Counted from the stretch's first letter, positions 10,020-20,500 are shown. The stretch: DNA of 64,000 nt from Phycisphaeraceae bacterium (GCA_021299385.1 JAJTGZ010000006.1:9926-73925), one strand, 5' to 3'. Numbers and translations are program-made. The notes: generated by a model not told the origin, from the letters alone.

Positions 10020-10732
10020 GGGCGATGGTATTGCAGGAGTGTGGGGGCGGGGTGCGCTGGGGACCAGGTGGTTGGTTTGGCCGTGGCGGCGTTGAGGATG
10101 GGGAGGAAGTGCTCGTGGGGGATTTCGACGATGCCGAACTGCTGCATGTGGGGGTTGGCCAGTTGGGTGTCCAGGAGGGCAAAGCCGCGTGCGCGGAGGT
10201 GGTGCCAGAGGTGCAGGAGGCAGGCTTTGCTGGCGTTGGAGCCGCCGAGGTGTGGGAGGGAGAACATGCTCTCGCCGAAGAAGGCCGCGCCGAGGTGAAC
10301 GCCGTAGAGGCCACCGACGAGGGTGTGGGTTGATTCGGTGGGGAGGGAGGGGGTGTGGGTGGGGGCGTCGGCTTTGGGGAGCCAGGCTTCGACGCTGTGG
10401 GCGTGCCCGGCGTGGTAGAGGTGTGTGTAGGCGTCGATGATCCAGTCGTTGATCCAGGTGCCAGGCTCGGCACGGGGGGTGTCGGCGCAGTGGGTGATGA
10501 CGCGGCTGAAGCAGGCATCGGTGGTGATGACGAACCGGCCGGAGGTGAAGACTTGGCGGAGGGAGCGCGGGGCGCGGAAGGCGCCGTCGGCGAGCGGGAG
10601 GATCGAGCGGGCGGGGGCGGTGTAGAACTCGACGCGGCCGTGCCTGCTGCTGGCCATCGGGAAGGCGCCCTGGGCGTACGCGGCCAGGAGGATCGGGGTG
10701 GTTTTGTGGGGTTGTGGGCCTCGGCGGGGCAT
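10016..10732 (-). CDS. aat: Leucyl/phenylalanyl-tRNA--protein transferase
   Basis: LLAAYAQGAFPMA, TWINDWI..AY, GHAHSVEAW, LVGGLYGV.LG.AFFGESMFS, NASK, LLDTQ. Confidence 0.95.
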   Translation of the reverse strand: MPRRGPQPHKTTPILLAAYAQGAFPMASSRHGRVEFYTAPARSILPLADGAFRAPRSLRQVFTSGRFVITTDACFSRVITHCADTPRAEPGTWINDWIIDAYTHLYHAGHAHSVEAWLPKADAPTHTPSLPTESTHTLVGGLYGVHLGAAFFGESMFSLPHLGGSNASKACLLHLWHHLRARGFALLDTQLANPHMQQFGIVEIPHEHFLPILNAATAKPTTWSPAHPAPTLLQYHRP

Positions 10733-10804
10733 GACATTTCATAGGGGCGTTGCCGGCGCGGTGCGGACGCTAAACTTCGGCCCGACTAACCGGCCAAGTT
10801 ACTG

Positions 10805-10840
10805 ATTTGACCATTTGGCGATTTGACCATTTGACCATTT
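10805..10840. repeat. 8-bp tandem repeat (ATTTGACC, about 4 units) upstream of icd
   Basis: atttgacc atttggcg atttgacc atttgacc attt. Confidence 0.8.
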
Positions 10841-10859
10841 TGTATCAGGAGACCACACG

Positions 10860-12344
10860 ATGTCCAACCTCACGATTGCGCTGGCCAAGGGGGACGGGAT
10901 CGGCCCGGAGATCATGGACGCGACCATCGAGTTGTTCAAGCACGCGGGCGTGAGCAAGCACCTGGACTTTGTGCCCGTGGAGATGGGCAAGGCCGTGTTT
11001 GACAAGGGGAACAGCAAGGGGATGACCGACGAGGCGATCAAGGCCGTCGAGGAGTTGGGGCTGGTGTTTAAGGGTCCGATGGAGACGCCCAAGGGTGGCG
11101 GGGGCAAGAGCATCAACGTAACGCTGCGGAAGATGTTCAACGCGTACGCGAACCTGCGGACGTTCAAGACGCTGCCGGGGGTTCACACGGTGTATTCCAA
11201 GGCGGGGGTGAACATCGACCTGACGATCGTGCGTGAGAACATCGAGGACACCTACGGCGGCGTCGAGCACCGCCTCAGCAACGACATGATCCAGTGCAAG
11301 CGGCTCATCAGCGCGCCCGGCTCAGACGAGGTGCACCGCTTCGCCCTGCAAACGGCACGGAAACTGGGGATCAAAAAGGTCCACTGCGGGCACAAAGCCA
11401 ACATCATGAAGATGACCGACGGGCTGTTTTTGGAGCGGTTTAAGGCGATGGGGAAGGATTTTCCGGAGTTGGAACTCGGCGATGTGATTGTGGATGCGTT
11501 GTGCATGAACCTGGTGATCAAGCCGGGGCAGTATGCGATGGTGGTGCTGCCGAACTTGCAGGGGGACATTGTGTCGGACCTGTGCGCGGGGCTGGTTGGT
11601 GGGCTTGGGTTTGCGCCATCGGCGAACATCGGCAAGCACGTGTCGCTGTTTGAGGCCGTGCACGGGACGGCGCCGGATATCGCGGGCAAGGGGATCGCCA
11701 ACCCGACGGCGTTGATTTTGTCTGGGTTGATGATGCTGCGGCATGTGGGGATGCTCGGGCACGCGGGGGTGATCGAGAACGCGTTGCTGTGTGCGCTGGA
11801 GCAGGGCGTTCGGACGGGGGACTTTGGGGACCCGTCCAAGCCCGTGCTGAGCACGAAGCAGTTTATTGCCGGGGTGGTTGATCGCCTTGGGAGCAAGCCG
11901 GCGAGCGTGCCGGGGGTTGCTGAGAGCGGGCTGGGTGGGCCAACGTTTACGCGAGCGTCCAAGCCGGTGCATCAGGAGGTGATCCGTACGTTTACGAATG
12001 TGGTTACGCAGGTGGTGGGGTGTGATATATATATTGATACACCGATGAGCACGGGTACGGTGGCCGAGGAGATGCAGCGGATCTGTGCCGATACGCCGTT
12101 CCGGCTGACGATCATCAGCAACCGCGGGACGCAGGTGTGGCCGACGGGGACGATTTATACTGAGTGTGTGGACTATTACCGCACGCGGTTTGAGTTGCGT
12201 GAGGGGGTGTTGCCTGGGAGCTTTGGGCAGAGCCGGTGCGTGGCGTTGATGGACCGGGTGGCGGAGAAGTTTACGATCTGTTCGTACGAGCTGCTGCGGA
12301 CGTTCGATGGGATCAAGGGGTTTTCGCTGGCGCAGGGGCAGTGA
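10860..12344 (+). CDS. icd: Isocitrate dehydrogenase
   Basis: GDGIGPEI, KGPMETPKGGGGKSINVTLRK, HKANIMKMTDGLF, PNLQGDIVSD, FEAVHGTAPDIAG, C-terminal ISNRGT..WP...FSLAQGQ; SD AGGAG. Confidence 0.93.
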   Translation: MSNLTIALAKGDGIGPEIMDATIELFKHAGVSKHLDFVPVEMGKAVFDKGNSKGMTDEAIKAVEELGLVFKGPMETPKGGGGKSINVTLRKMFNAYANLRTFKTLPGVHTVYSKAGVNIDLTIVRENIEDTYGGVEHRLSNDMIQCKRLISAPGSDEVHRFALQTARKLGIKKVHCGHKANIMKMTDGLFLERFKAMGKDFPELELGDVIVDALCMNLVIKPGQYAMVVLPNLQGDIVSDLCAGLVGGLGFAPSANIGKHVSLFEAVHGTAPDIAGKGIANPTALILSGLMMLRHVGMLGHAGVIENALLCALEQGVRTGDFGDPSKPVLSTKQFIAGVVDRLGSKPASVPGVAESGLGGPTFTRASKPVHQEVIRTFTNVVTQVVGCDIYIDTPMSTGTVAEEMQRICADTPFRLTIISNRGTQVWPTGTIYTECVDYYRTRFELREGVLPGSFGQSRCVALMDRVAEKFTICSYELLRTFDGIKGFSLAQGQ

Positions 12345-12366
12345 GGGGCTGCTTGCAAAAACCAAA

Positions 12367-12389
12367 GCCACGGGCTGGGAGCCCGTGGC
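12367..12389. repeat. REP-like hairpin or possible terminator between convergent genes
   Basis: GCCACGGGCT-GGG-AGCCCGTGGC, perfect 10-bp stem. Confidence 0.55.
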
Positions 12390-12410
12390 AGAGGGTTGTG
12401 GGATGGTTTC

Positions 12411-14330
12411 TTAGGGGTTCAGGCGTGCGAGGTCGGGTGAGGGGGGTTCAAAGTGGAGGCCGGCGTGGTCGGCGTTGTTGTGTTTGCTGATCCAGCGGAC
12501 GGTGGCGGGGAGTTTGAAGGGGCGTCCGAGTGCTGTGAACTCGAGGAGGGCGGGCTGTCCCATGGCGAGTTTGTGGCCTGAGTGAAGGGAGATCGATGCG
12601 CCGTCGGGGTTGATGTCCAGGATGGATCCGAGGCTGGAGGGGATGGGCTGTGCGAGGGCGATGCGTGGGTAGTCTGAGCGTCGGCGTTCGACCTGGAAGC
12701 GTGCGACGAGTTGTTTGAGTTGTCGGCTGCTTTGGGCCATGTCGGCGGTGGACTTGGCGGTGAGGGTGCTGGTGCTTTCGAGCTGCTCGGCGGCGGAGCT
12801 GACCTGGCGGACGCCGTCGCGGAGGTTTTCGCCCATACGTGCCTGGTCGGCGGCGTTGGTGGCGATCTCGGTGATGAGGTTGCCTGTGGTGCTGGCCTGC
12901 TCGACGATGCGTTTGAGGCTCTCGGTGGTGTTCTGTGCGGCGGTGATGCCGAGCTTGACCTCTTCGGTGCCTTTAACGATGCTCTCGACGGAGCCGGCGG
13001 TCATGGTCTGGATTTCGCCGATGGAGTCGCTGACTTGTTTGGTGGCGGCGGTGGTTCTTTCGGCGAGTTTTCGTACCTCGTCGGCGACGACGGCAAAGCC
13101 CCGGCCGTGCTCGCCGGCGCGTGCGGCTTCGATGGCGGCGTTGAGTGCCAGGAGGTTGGTCTGGTCGGCGATGTCGTTGATGACGGCGATGATCTGGCCG
13201 ATCTCTCGGCTGCGTTCGCCGAGTTTACCGACGCTGCGTGCGCCGTCGGAGACGGTCGTGTCGATGCGGCCCATGCCCTCGATGGTCTGTGCGACGTCCT
13301 TGTCGCCCTGGCCGGCCATCTCGCCCGTGCGTTTAGCGGCGTCGTTGGCCTTGCGTGAGCTCTCGGCGATCTGGCCCGCTGAGGTGCACATATCGTTGAC
13401 GCCGTCGAGCATCTTGCGGAGATTCTCGTTCTGGTGCTGTGTTGCGCGGAGGCCCTCGGCTGCGCTGCTGGAGATTTGGTCGGCGCTGGCGCCGAGGTCG
13501 GTGGCCATTTCTTCGATCTTCAGGACCATGCCGTTGACGCAGGCGAGGAAGTTGTTGAAGTTCTCGGCCAGCTGACCGATCTCGGAGCGGTCGCCCCCGA
13601 CGTGCAGTTTGGTGCGGAGGTCGCCGGTGCCGTCGGCGACGCTGTGCATGGCGGTGCTGAGCCTGCCGATGGGGCGGAGGATGCTGCGCATCATGACGTA
13701 AGCGAGGGGGATGATCGACAGGCCGATGACGATCGCCATGATGATCGACTGTGTAACGGCGGCGGCGACGGACCCGGAGGCCTGCGTGGTGATCTGTCCG
13801 CTGGTCTTGATCGCCAGTTCAGAGGCGACGCGCACGGCGGCGAGGTGGGTCTGGAAGAGCGGGTCGATGCGGTCGTGCATCAGGGCCTGGGCGGCCTTGG
13901 TGTCGCCTTTTTGCACGGCGGGGATGAGTTGCTGGCGGATGATGGTGATCAGTTCGCGGGCCGGGATGGCCGCGTCTGTGAAGATGGCGGTGCGGACCTC
14001 GGGGTCGAGTGGCTGGTTGGCCCAGTGCTTCTCGCGGGCCTCGAACTCGCCGGCGATGCGCTGGATGTCTTGGATGATGGTGGTTTGTTTTTGGGCGTCG
14101 GTCTCGGCGGCGAGGCGCCCCGCGGTGCTGAAGAGCTCGATGACGAACAGCGGGGGTGGGAGGATGTCGGCGATGAGTTCCTGCTGGCGCGAGAGGGTGT
14201 TGGCAAGGTCGCTGCCGATGCGCACCTTTTTGATGGTGTCAAAGAGCAGCGCGGCGTTGATCGCGCCGCCTATGACCGGGATGATGACCAACAGGAGCAG
14301 ACGCTGGCGGACGCTGAGTTTGGAGATCAT
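12411..14330 (-). CDS. Methyl-accepting chemotaxis protein with C-terminal PilZ-like domain
   Basis: Two TMs, [42 protein letters not shown]; tail ERRRSDYPR...DINPDG...VRW...AGLHF. Confidence 0.9.
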   Translation of the reverse strand: MISKLSVRQRLLLLVIIPVIGGAINAALLFDTIKKVRIGSDLANTLSRQQELIADILPPPLFVIELFSTAGRLAAETDAQKQTTIIQDIQRIAGEFEAREKHWANQPLDPEVRTAIFTDAAIPARELITIIRQQLIPAVQKGDTKAAQALMHDRIDPLFQTHLAAVRVASELAIKTSGQITTQASGSVAAAVTQSIIMAIVIGLSIIPLAYVMMRSILRPIGRLSTAMHSVADGTGDLRTKLHVGGDRSEIGQLAENFNNFLACVNGMVLKIEEMATDLGASADQISSSAAEGLRATQHQNENLRKMLDGVNDMCTSAGQIAESSRKANDAAKRTGEMAGQGDKDVAQTIEGMGRIDTTVSDGARSVGKLGERSREIGQIIAVINDIADQTNLLALNAAIEAARAGEHGRGFAVVADEVRKLAERTTAATKQVSDSIGEIQTMTAGSVESIVKGTEEVKLGITAAQNTTESLKRIVEQASTTGNLITEIATNAADQARMGENLRDGVRQVSSAAEQLESTSTLTAKSTADMAQSSRQLKQLVARFQVERRRSDYPRIALAQPIPSSLGSILDINPDGASISLHSGHKLAMGQPALLEFTALGRPFKLPATVRWISKHNNADHAGLHFEPPSPDLARLNP

Positions 14331-14607
14331 GTGCGGCCTCTCTATGGCGTGGTCGTGAACGCGGCGCGGCTGGGTGTGCACGTACGCACCCGGCTGCGGG
14401 CCGGGGGAGCATCGTCGAGCGTCGGTAGGGACTAGAGGTGCAGGCAGAAAATCACCCACAGGGGTGGTCGAGTGAGGTGTCGCGGTGAGGTGGCCGGGTG
14501 ATAGGGAGTGTGCGGCGTTGACTATACTTGTGCGCCGGCGCCACCCCCGCCGGTTTGTGGGATCAACCACCTAGCCAGGGGGGCTTGGCGATGCTGGAGA
14601 CAGATCA

Positions 14608-15771
14608 ATGGCGAGCGGCAACAGCAACGGGAAGTGGACAAAGAAGCAGTTGCTTTCGCGTCCGGTCAAGCACATCGACATCACGGCCTTTGACGGGCGG
14701 TTGATCATCGACGGGTATCGTGAGATGGCGTATTCGGCGCGGACGCTGGCCAAGGCGGCGGATATCTACAGCATGATGCTCAGGGACGCCGGGTGCGCGG
14801 TGATTGTTACGCTGGCCGGTTCGCTGGTCTCGGCGGGTCTTAAGCGTGCGCTCATCACGCTGGTTGAGAACAACATGGTCGATGCGATCGTGAGCACGGG
14901 GGCGAACATCGTCGACCAGGACTTCTTTGAGGGGCTGGGGTACAAGCACTACATCGCTCCGGGCAGCCCGGAGGCGCCGCCGGTGGACGACATGACACTG
15001 CGGGATTTGATGATCGACCGGATTTACGACACGTATATTGATGAGGACGACCTGCGTGCGTGCGACGCGGCGACGCACGAGATCTTCAACGACTTTGCAC
15101 CCGGGGCGTATTCGTCGCGTGAGTTTATCGAGGCGATGGGTGCGTACCTGGTCAAGCACCACGGGCGCAACGAGAGCATCGTCAAGTCGTGCTACCAGAA
15201 GCGCGTGCCGATCTTTGTGCCGGCGTTCAGCGACTGCTCGGCGGGGTTCGGGATCGTGCTGCAGCAGACCGAGGCGATCGAGCAGGGGCGTGGGCAGGTG
15301 GCCTTTGACAGCGGCAAGGACTTCCGCGAGCTCACGGACATCAAGCTGGCGTGCAAGGAGACGGGGCTGCTGATGCTCGGCGGGGGCGTGCCCAAGAACT
15401 TTGCGCAGGACATCGTGGTGGCGGCGGAGCTGCTCAGCGAGCGCAAGGGCGGGAAAGCGCGCGGGGACATCGGGATGCACAAGTATGCGATCCAGATGAC
15501 GGTGGCCGACTCGCGCGACGGTGCGCTGTCGGGCAGCACGCTGCGCGAGGCGTGCAGCTGGGGGAAGGTGGACGTGGTGCACGAGCAGATGGTCTTTGGC
15601 GAGCTGTCGGCACTGCTGCCGGTGCTGGCGAGCGATGCGTACCACCGCGGTGCGTGGAAGAAGCGCAAGGGGTTCAAGTTTGCGGACTTGTTTGGCAGGA
15701 CGCTCGGTGCGCCGGAATATGCCGGGGGTGGGCGGGTTGTCTCCAAGGGGAAGAAGTTGGTGGGCAGGTAA
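14608..15771 (+). CDS. Deoxyhypusine synthase-like protein (probably polyamine synthesis)
   Basis: DAIVSTGAN, IDRIYDTYI, PIFVPAFSD, GGGVPKNF, DGALSGSTLREACSWGKV. Confidence 0.9.
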   Translation: MASGNSNGKWTKKQLLSRPVKHIDITAFDGRLIIDGYREMAYSARTLAKAADIYSMMLRDAGCAVIVTLAGSLVSAGLKRALITLVENNMVDAIVSTGANIVDQDFFEGLGYKHYIAPGSPEAPPVDDMTLRDLMIDRIYDTYIDEDDLRACDAATHEIFNDFAPGAYSSREFIEAMGAYLVKHHGRNESIVKSCYQKRVPIFVPAFSDCSAGFGIVLQQTEAIEQGRGQVAFDSGKDFRELTDIKLACKETGLLMLGGGVPKNFAQDIVVAAELLSERKGGKARGDIGMHKYAIQMTVADSRDGALSGSTLREACSWGKVDVVHEQMVFGELSALLPVLASDAYHRGAWKKRKGFKFADLFGRTLGAPEYAGGGRVVSKGKKLVGR

Positions 15772-15803
15772 GGGGTGGTGTGAGGCTTTTCAAGGCAGAG
15801 GCA

Positions 15804-15921
15804 TTTCACCACAGAGGCACTGAGGCACAGAGAACGGCTGATGCTTGAGGTTTGTCATTGCTGCACAACCCCTGCATCTCTCTTCTCTGTGTCTCTGTGA
15901 CTCTGTGACTCTGTGGTGAAA
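15804..15921. repeat. Inverted-arm 9-mer element, copy 2
   Basis: TTTCACCACAGAGGCACTGAGGCACAGAG ... CTCTGTGACTCTGTGACTCTGTGGTGAAA. Confidence 0.85.
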
Positions 15922-15973
15922 CGCCTTTGTCTTTCCGGATCGTGCGGGTTGGGATGGTGCAGTGCGCGGGGGT

Positions 15974-16915
15974 TTAGCGTGGTTGGACTGGGGTGCCTGG
16001 GGTGAGGGGTCGGCTGCGGGTGAAGTCTTGGAAGGTCATGGGTTGGCCTGAGTCGGGCTGGAGTTGGAGGATTTCGAGGTTGCCGGGGGCGCAGGAGATG
16101 AGGGCGGGGTTGGTGGAGAGGAGTGTGCCGGGAGTTGGGTTGTTGCTGGGCTGTGTGTGCGTGGCGACGCGGAGGAGTTTGACGGGGTGTGGGCCGATCT
16201 GGCAGCGGACGCCGGGCCAGGGGGTGAGGGCGTGGATTTGTCGGCGGAGGTCCTCGGCGGGGCGTGCGAAGTTGAGCAGGGCGTCGGCCTTGCTGAGTTT
16301 GCGGGCCTTGGTTACGAGCGTTTCGTCCTGGGCGTGGGCGTTGAGCGTGCCGGCGGCGTGCTGGGCGAGGACGCCCAGGACGAGGGCGGGGCCGTCGTTG
16401 GCGAGCAGGTCGTGCAGTTCGCCGGCGGTGGTTGCGGGGTCGATGGGCCGGCGGGACTGGGCGAGGATCAGGCCCGCGTCCATACGCTGGGCGAGTGTGA
16501 TGACAGAGTTGCCCGTAACGTCGTCGCCGGCGAGGACCGCGGCGTTGATCGGCGCGGCGCCGCGCCAGCGCGGGAGCAGGCTGGCGTGCAGGTTGATGGC
16601 GAAGAGGCCGTCGAGGAGTTCGGGGCCGAGTTTTTGGCCGAAGGCGATGACGACGCAGGCGGAGGGGGCCAGTGCGCGGAGCTGGTTGCGTACGGGCGTG
16701 GCGTTGATGTCGTCGGGCTTGAAGACGGGCACGCTTGGCAGGTTTGCCCAGGCGTATTGGGCGACGGGTGTGGGTGTGAGTTTCATCCCTCGCCCGGCGG
16801 GTTTGTCGGGCTGGGTGGCGATGGCGAGGATGTTGTGCGTGCGGGCGAGGGCGGCGAGGGTGGGGACGCCGAAAGCGCCCGAGCCGAGGAAGATGATCGG
16901 CTGGGGGGCGTTCAC
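15974..16915 (-). CDS. fmt: Methionyl-tRNA formyltransferase
   Basis: IIFLGSGAFG, TQPDKPAGRG, VVIAFGQ, INLHASLLPRWRGAAPI, MDAG, PWPG. Confidence 0.95.
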   Translation of the reverse strand: MNAPQPIIFLGSGAFGVPTLAALARTHNILAIATQPDKPAGRGMKLTPTPVAQYAWANLPSVPVFKPDDINATPVRNQLRALAPSACVVIAFGQKLGPELLDGLFAINLHASLLPRWRGAAPINAAVLAGDDVTGNSVITLAQRMDAGLILAQSRRPIDPATTAGELHDLLANDGPALVLGVLAQHAAGTLNAHAQDETLVTKARKLSKADALLNFARPAEDLRRQIHALTPWPGVRCQIGPHPVKLLRVATHTQPSNNPTPGTLLSTNPALISCAPGNLEILQLQPDSGQPMTFQDFTRSRPLTPGTPVQPR

Positions 16916-17481
16916 TGGCCGGCCTCGAGGGCCTTGACCTTGGTGCGGATTTTCAGGCGTGCGCCCTGGGTCATTCGGTCGAGGATGAGTGTGCCTTGGA
17001 GGTGGTCAAACTCGTGCTGGATGCAGCGTGCGAGCAGCCCGGCGGCGCGGAGGGTGAACGGTTGGCCTTGCAGGTCTGTCGCGGCGACGGTGATGATCTC
17101 GGGGCGGAGGACGTCGCCACGGATATCCGGGAGGCTCAGACACCCTTCTTCATAGGTGCACAGTGGGCCTTCGGGCTTGCTGAGTGTGGGGTTGATGAAG
17201 GTGATGGGGCCGCGCGTGGCCGAGGGCGGGTCGGCGTCGGGGGTGCGTGGGTCTTCGTCTTCGTCGCCTTCAAACGCGGGGATATCGAGGATGAACATGC
17301 GCCAGGGGAGTGCGACCTGGGGTGCGGCCAGGCCTATGCCGGGGGCTTGACGCATCAGTTCGAGCATGCGCATGGCGACGGCCCGGACTTCGTCGTTGAC
17401 CTCGGCGACGGGCTTAGCCGTCTGGCGGAGGACGGGGTGCGGGTAGTGGACGATTGTCAGATGCTCGATGGCAACGGGCAT
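16912..17481 (-). CDS. def: Peptide deformylase
   Basis: GIGLAAPQV, EGCLSLP, QHEFDHLQG; GTGA overlap with fmt. Confidence 0.95.
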   Translation of the reverse strand: MPVAIEHLTIVHYPHPVLRQTAKPVAEVNDEVRAVAMRMLELMRQAPGIGLAAPQVALPWRMFILDIPAFEGDEDEDPRTPDADPPSATRGPITFINPTLSKPEGPLCTYEEGCLSLPDIRGDVLRPEIITVAATDLQGQPFTLRAAGLLARCIQHEFDHLQGTLILDRMTQGARLKIRTKVKALEAGQ

Positions 17482-17595
17482 GTGCGATGGTAGGAAAGTG
17501 GGTGGTCGCGGGGGCTTGGGCGGGGGGGTTGGGAGCGGTGGGTTGGGAGCGGGCCGGGGGGTGAGGCTGAGTCGGCATGAGTAAACTGGCCCCGC

Positions 17596-20500
17596 ATGAG
17601 CCAGACGCCTGATCAACCTGTTGCGGGTACGTTGCCGAGTGATGGGCCTGAGCACAGGTATACGGCTGTGCTTGCCGAGCGGATCGAGGGGCGTTGGCAG
17701 CGGTGGTGGGCCGAGCGGGGGACGTTTGTGCAGCCGAACCCGGGTGAGGTGGGGTTTGACGCCTCGCGCCCGAAGTTTTATTGCCTGGACATGTTCCCGT
17801 ACCCGAGCGGTGCGGGGCTGCACGTTGGGCACCCCGAGGGGTACACGGCGACGGACATTTTGTGCCGGTATAAGCGGGCCAAGGGGTTCAACGTGCTGCA
17901 CCCGATGGGGTGGGACGCGTTTGGGTTGCCGGCGGAGCAATACGCGATCCAGACGGGCGTGCACCCGGCGGTGACGACGAAGGGGGCGATCGAGAACTTT
18001 CGTAGGCAGTTGCAGCGGTTTGGGTTCTGCTATGACTGGAGCCGGGAGGTCGGGACGATTGATCCGGGGTATTACAAGTGGACGCAGTGGGTGTTTATCC
18101 AGTTGTACGAGGCGTGGTTCGACCACGAGCAGCAGAGGGCGCGGCCGATTGCGGAGTTGGTCGAGGAGTTTGCCAGCGGGAAGAGGGAGGTGGAATACAA
18201 CCCGAGGGGGGAGGGGGGGGAGAGTGGTGCCGGGCTGGGGGAGTGGGCGGGTTTGGACAAGCCAACGCAGAGGAAGGTGCTGGCGAGTTATCGCTTGGCG
18301 TACCAGAGCACGACGACGGTGAACTGGTGCCCGAAGCTCGGCACGGTGCTGGCCAACGACGAGGTGATCGACGGCCGGAGCGAGCGCGGCGGGCACCCGG
18401 TGCTGCGCAAGCCGATGCGGCAGTGGATGCTGCGGATTACGGATTACGCAGACCGGTTGCTGGGGCAGTTGGACTCGCTGGCGTGGCCGGAGAGTACGAA
18501 GACGATGCAGCGGGAGTGGATCGGGCGGAGTGAGGGTGCGGAGATTGAGTTTGGGTTGGGTGGGGACGGGGTTTTGGATTTGGGTACCCCCACGCTCCGC
18601 GTGGGGACTCCCGACCCCACGCGGAGCGTGGGGGTACCCGGCCCCACACGGAGTGTGGGGGTACCCATACACGAGGAGGCAGCCGAGGGCCGGGTGGGGA
18701 GACATCCAACGCTGTCAGGATCAGAGATTGACGGGATCGCGGCGCGGCCGGATGAGGCTTCGCACCCGACGGGGTTTGTGGCCTGCGACCCCTACCCGCC
18801 CGGCGGGGTGGGGTTGTCGGGTGATGCGGCGAGGTCGGAGCGGAACTTGCCGCATATTACGATGCCGGGCGCGACGTACTTTGTGTCGTGGCGGTGCCAG
18901 GATGGGTTGGTGCTCAGCGAGCGCGAGAGGGGGGTGGTGCTCGACTCGCTTGTGCACTTTGACGGCGAGCGTGGGAGGGTCTTCGCGGCGGTGGTGATGC
19001 CGGACCATGTGCACTGGATAGTCAGGCCCGGCGAGGGGTTTGAGCTGGGCAAGTTGGTCGAGAGCGTCAAGCACTTTGCCGCCCAGGAGATCAACAAGAT
19101 GCGCGGGAGCAAGGGGCGGCTGTGGGAGCCGGAGGCCCTTGACCACATCGTGCGTGATGAGAACTCGTTTGGGAAGTATGTTGCGTATGTGGTGAGGAAC
19201 CCGGTTGAGGGTGGGTTGGTTGATCGTGCGAGTGATTATGGTGCGCTGTTTGTGCATGCGGATGTGCGCAGCCGGGTGCCCCACGCGGAGCGTGGGGGTA
19301 CCCAAAGGCAGGGTGCCCAAAGGCAGGGTACCCGAAGGTGGGGTACCCAAGGCAGGGGGTTGACTGTTTTTACTACGCGGCCGGATACGTTGTTTGGGGC
19401 GACGTACATGGTTGTGGCCCCCGAGCATGAGCTGGTTGGGCGGGTGTTGGCCGCGCCTGGGCCGAGGACCGATGTCGGCAAGGTCTCGGCGTATGTCCAG
19501 GCCGCTCGGCACAAGAGCGATGTTGATCGGCAGGAGGCCAAGACCAAGACGGGGGTTGATCTGGGTATCGATGCGGTCAACCCGGCGACGGGGGGGGCGA
19601 TACCGGTGTGGGTGGCCGATTATGTGCTGATGGGGTATGGGACGGGGGCGATCATGGCCGTGCCTGGGCATGATGAGCGGGACAATGAGTTTGCGGCGGC
19701 GATGGGGTTGCCGGTGGTGGAGGTTGTGCGGCCACCTGCGGAGTTCAAGGGCAAGCCGGGGGTGTGCTTTAGCGGCTCGGGCACGGCGATCAACTCTTCG
19801 GGGCCTGAGGTCTCGATCGACGGGCTGCCGACGGCCGAGGCGAAGGGGAAGATCATCGCGTGGCTGGAGGGGAGCGGGCGTGGGGTGCGGAAGGTGAACT
19901 ATCGGCTGCGCGACTGGACCTTCAGCCGGCAGCGGTATTGGGGTGAGCCGATCCCGATTGTGTTTGATGAGCACGGGGACCACTACCCGGTGAGCGCATC
20001 GCACTTGCCGGTGGTACTGCCGGAGTTGGAGGATTATGCCCCGGCTGAGAGCGACGATGCGCAGCCGCTGCTCGCTAAGGCGAAGGCGTGGATGAATACA
20101 ACCGCAGGCGCAGCGGGGATTGAAGGGGTTGACCCCGCGCTGGACCACCCCAGCTCGCCGGTTACGCGCGAGGCCAACACCATGCCCGGCAGCGCAGGCT
20201 CGTCTTGGTATTTTCTGCGGTACTGCGACCCGAAGAACACCTCGGCGTTCATCGATCCGAAGATCGATGCGTATTGGATGGGCAATGGTGTTGACTTCTA
20301 CATCGGCGGCAGCGAGCACACGGTGGGGCACCTGCTCTATGCGCGGTTCTGGCAGAATGCGCTGTGCGACCTGGGGCACGTTACGTGCCGGGAGCCGTTT
20401 CGGAGGCTGTTCCATCAGGGGATGATCACGAGCTTTGCGTATCAGCGCGGCGACAAGAGCCTGGTGCCCGTTGATGAGGTGGACGAGGGGCCCGAGGGTG

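Larger units (their letters stand above)
18582..19355 (+). mobile_element. REP-associated tyrosine transposase (RAYT, HUH/Y1) module nested in frame in leuS
   Basis: RNLPH...TYFVSW, VVMPDHVH (HUH at 19006-19014), LWEPEALDHIVRD, YVVRNPVEGGLV (Tyr at 19186); REP hairpins on both sides. Confidence 0.88.

Noticed and set aside
18582..18666. CRISPR array
   Set aside because: Repeats are in mixed orientation with 2-8 nt gaps, have no unique spacers, and no cas genes are present.
18553..19359. Intein or group I/II intron in leuS
   Set aside because: No Cys/Ser start with His-Asn end before a nucleophile, no LAGLIDADG, HNH or RT motifs; the content is HUH transposase plus REPs.
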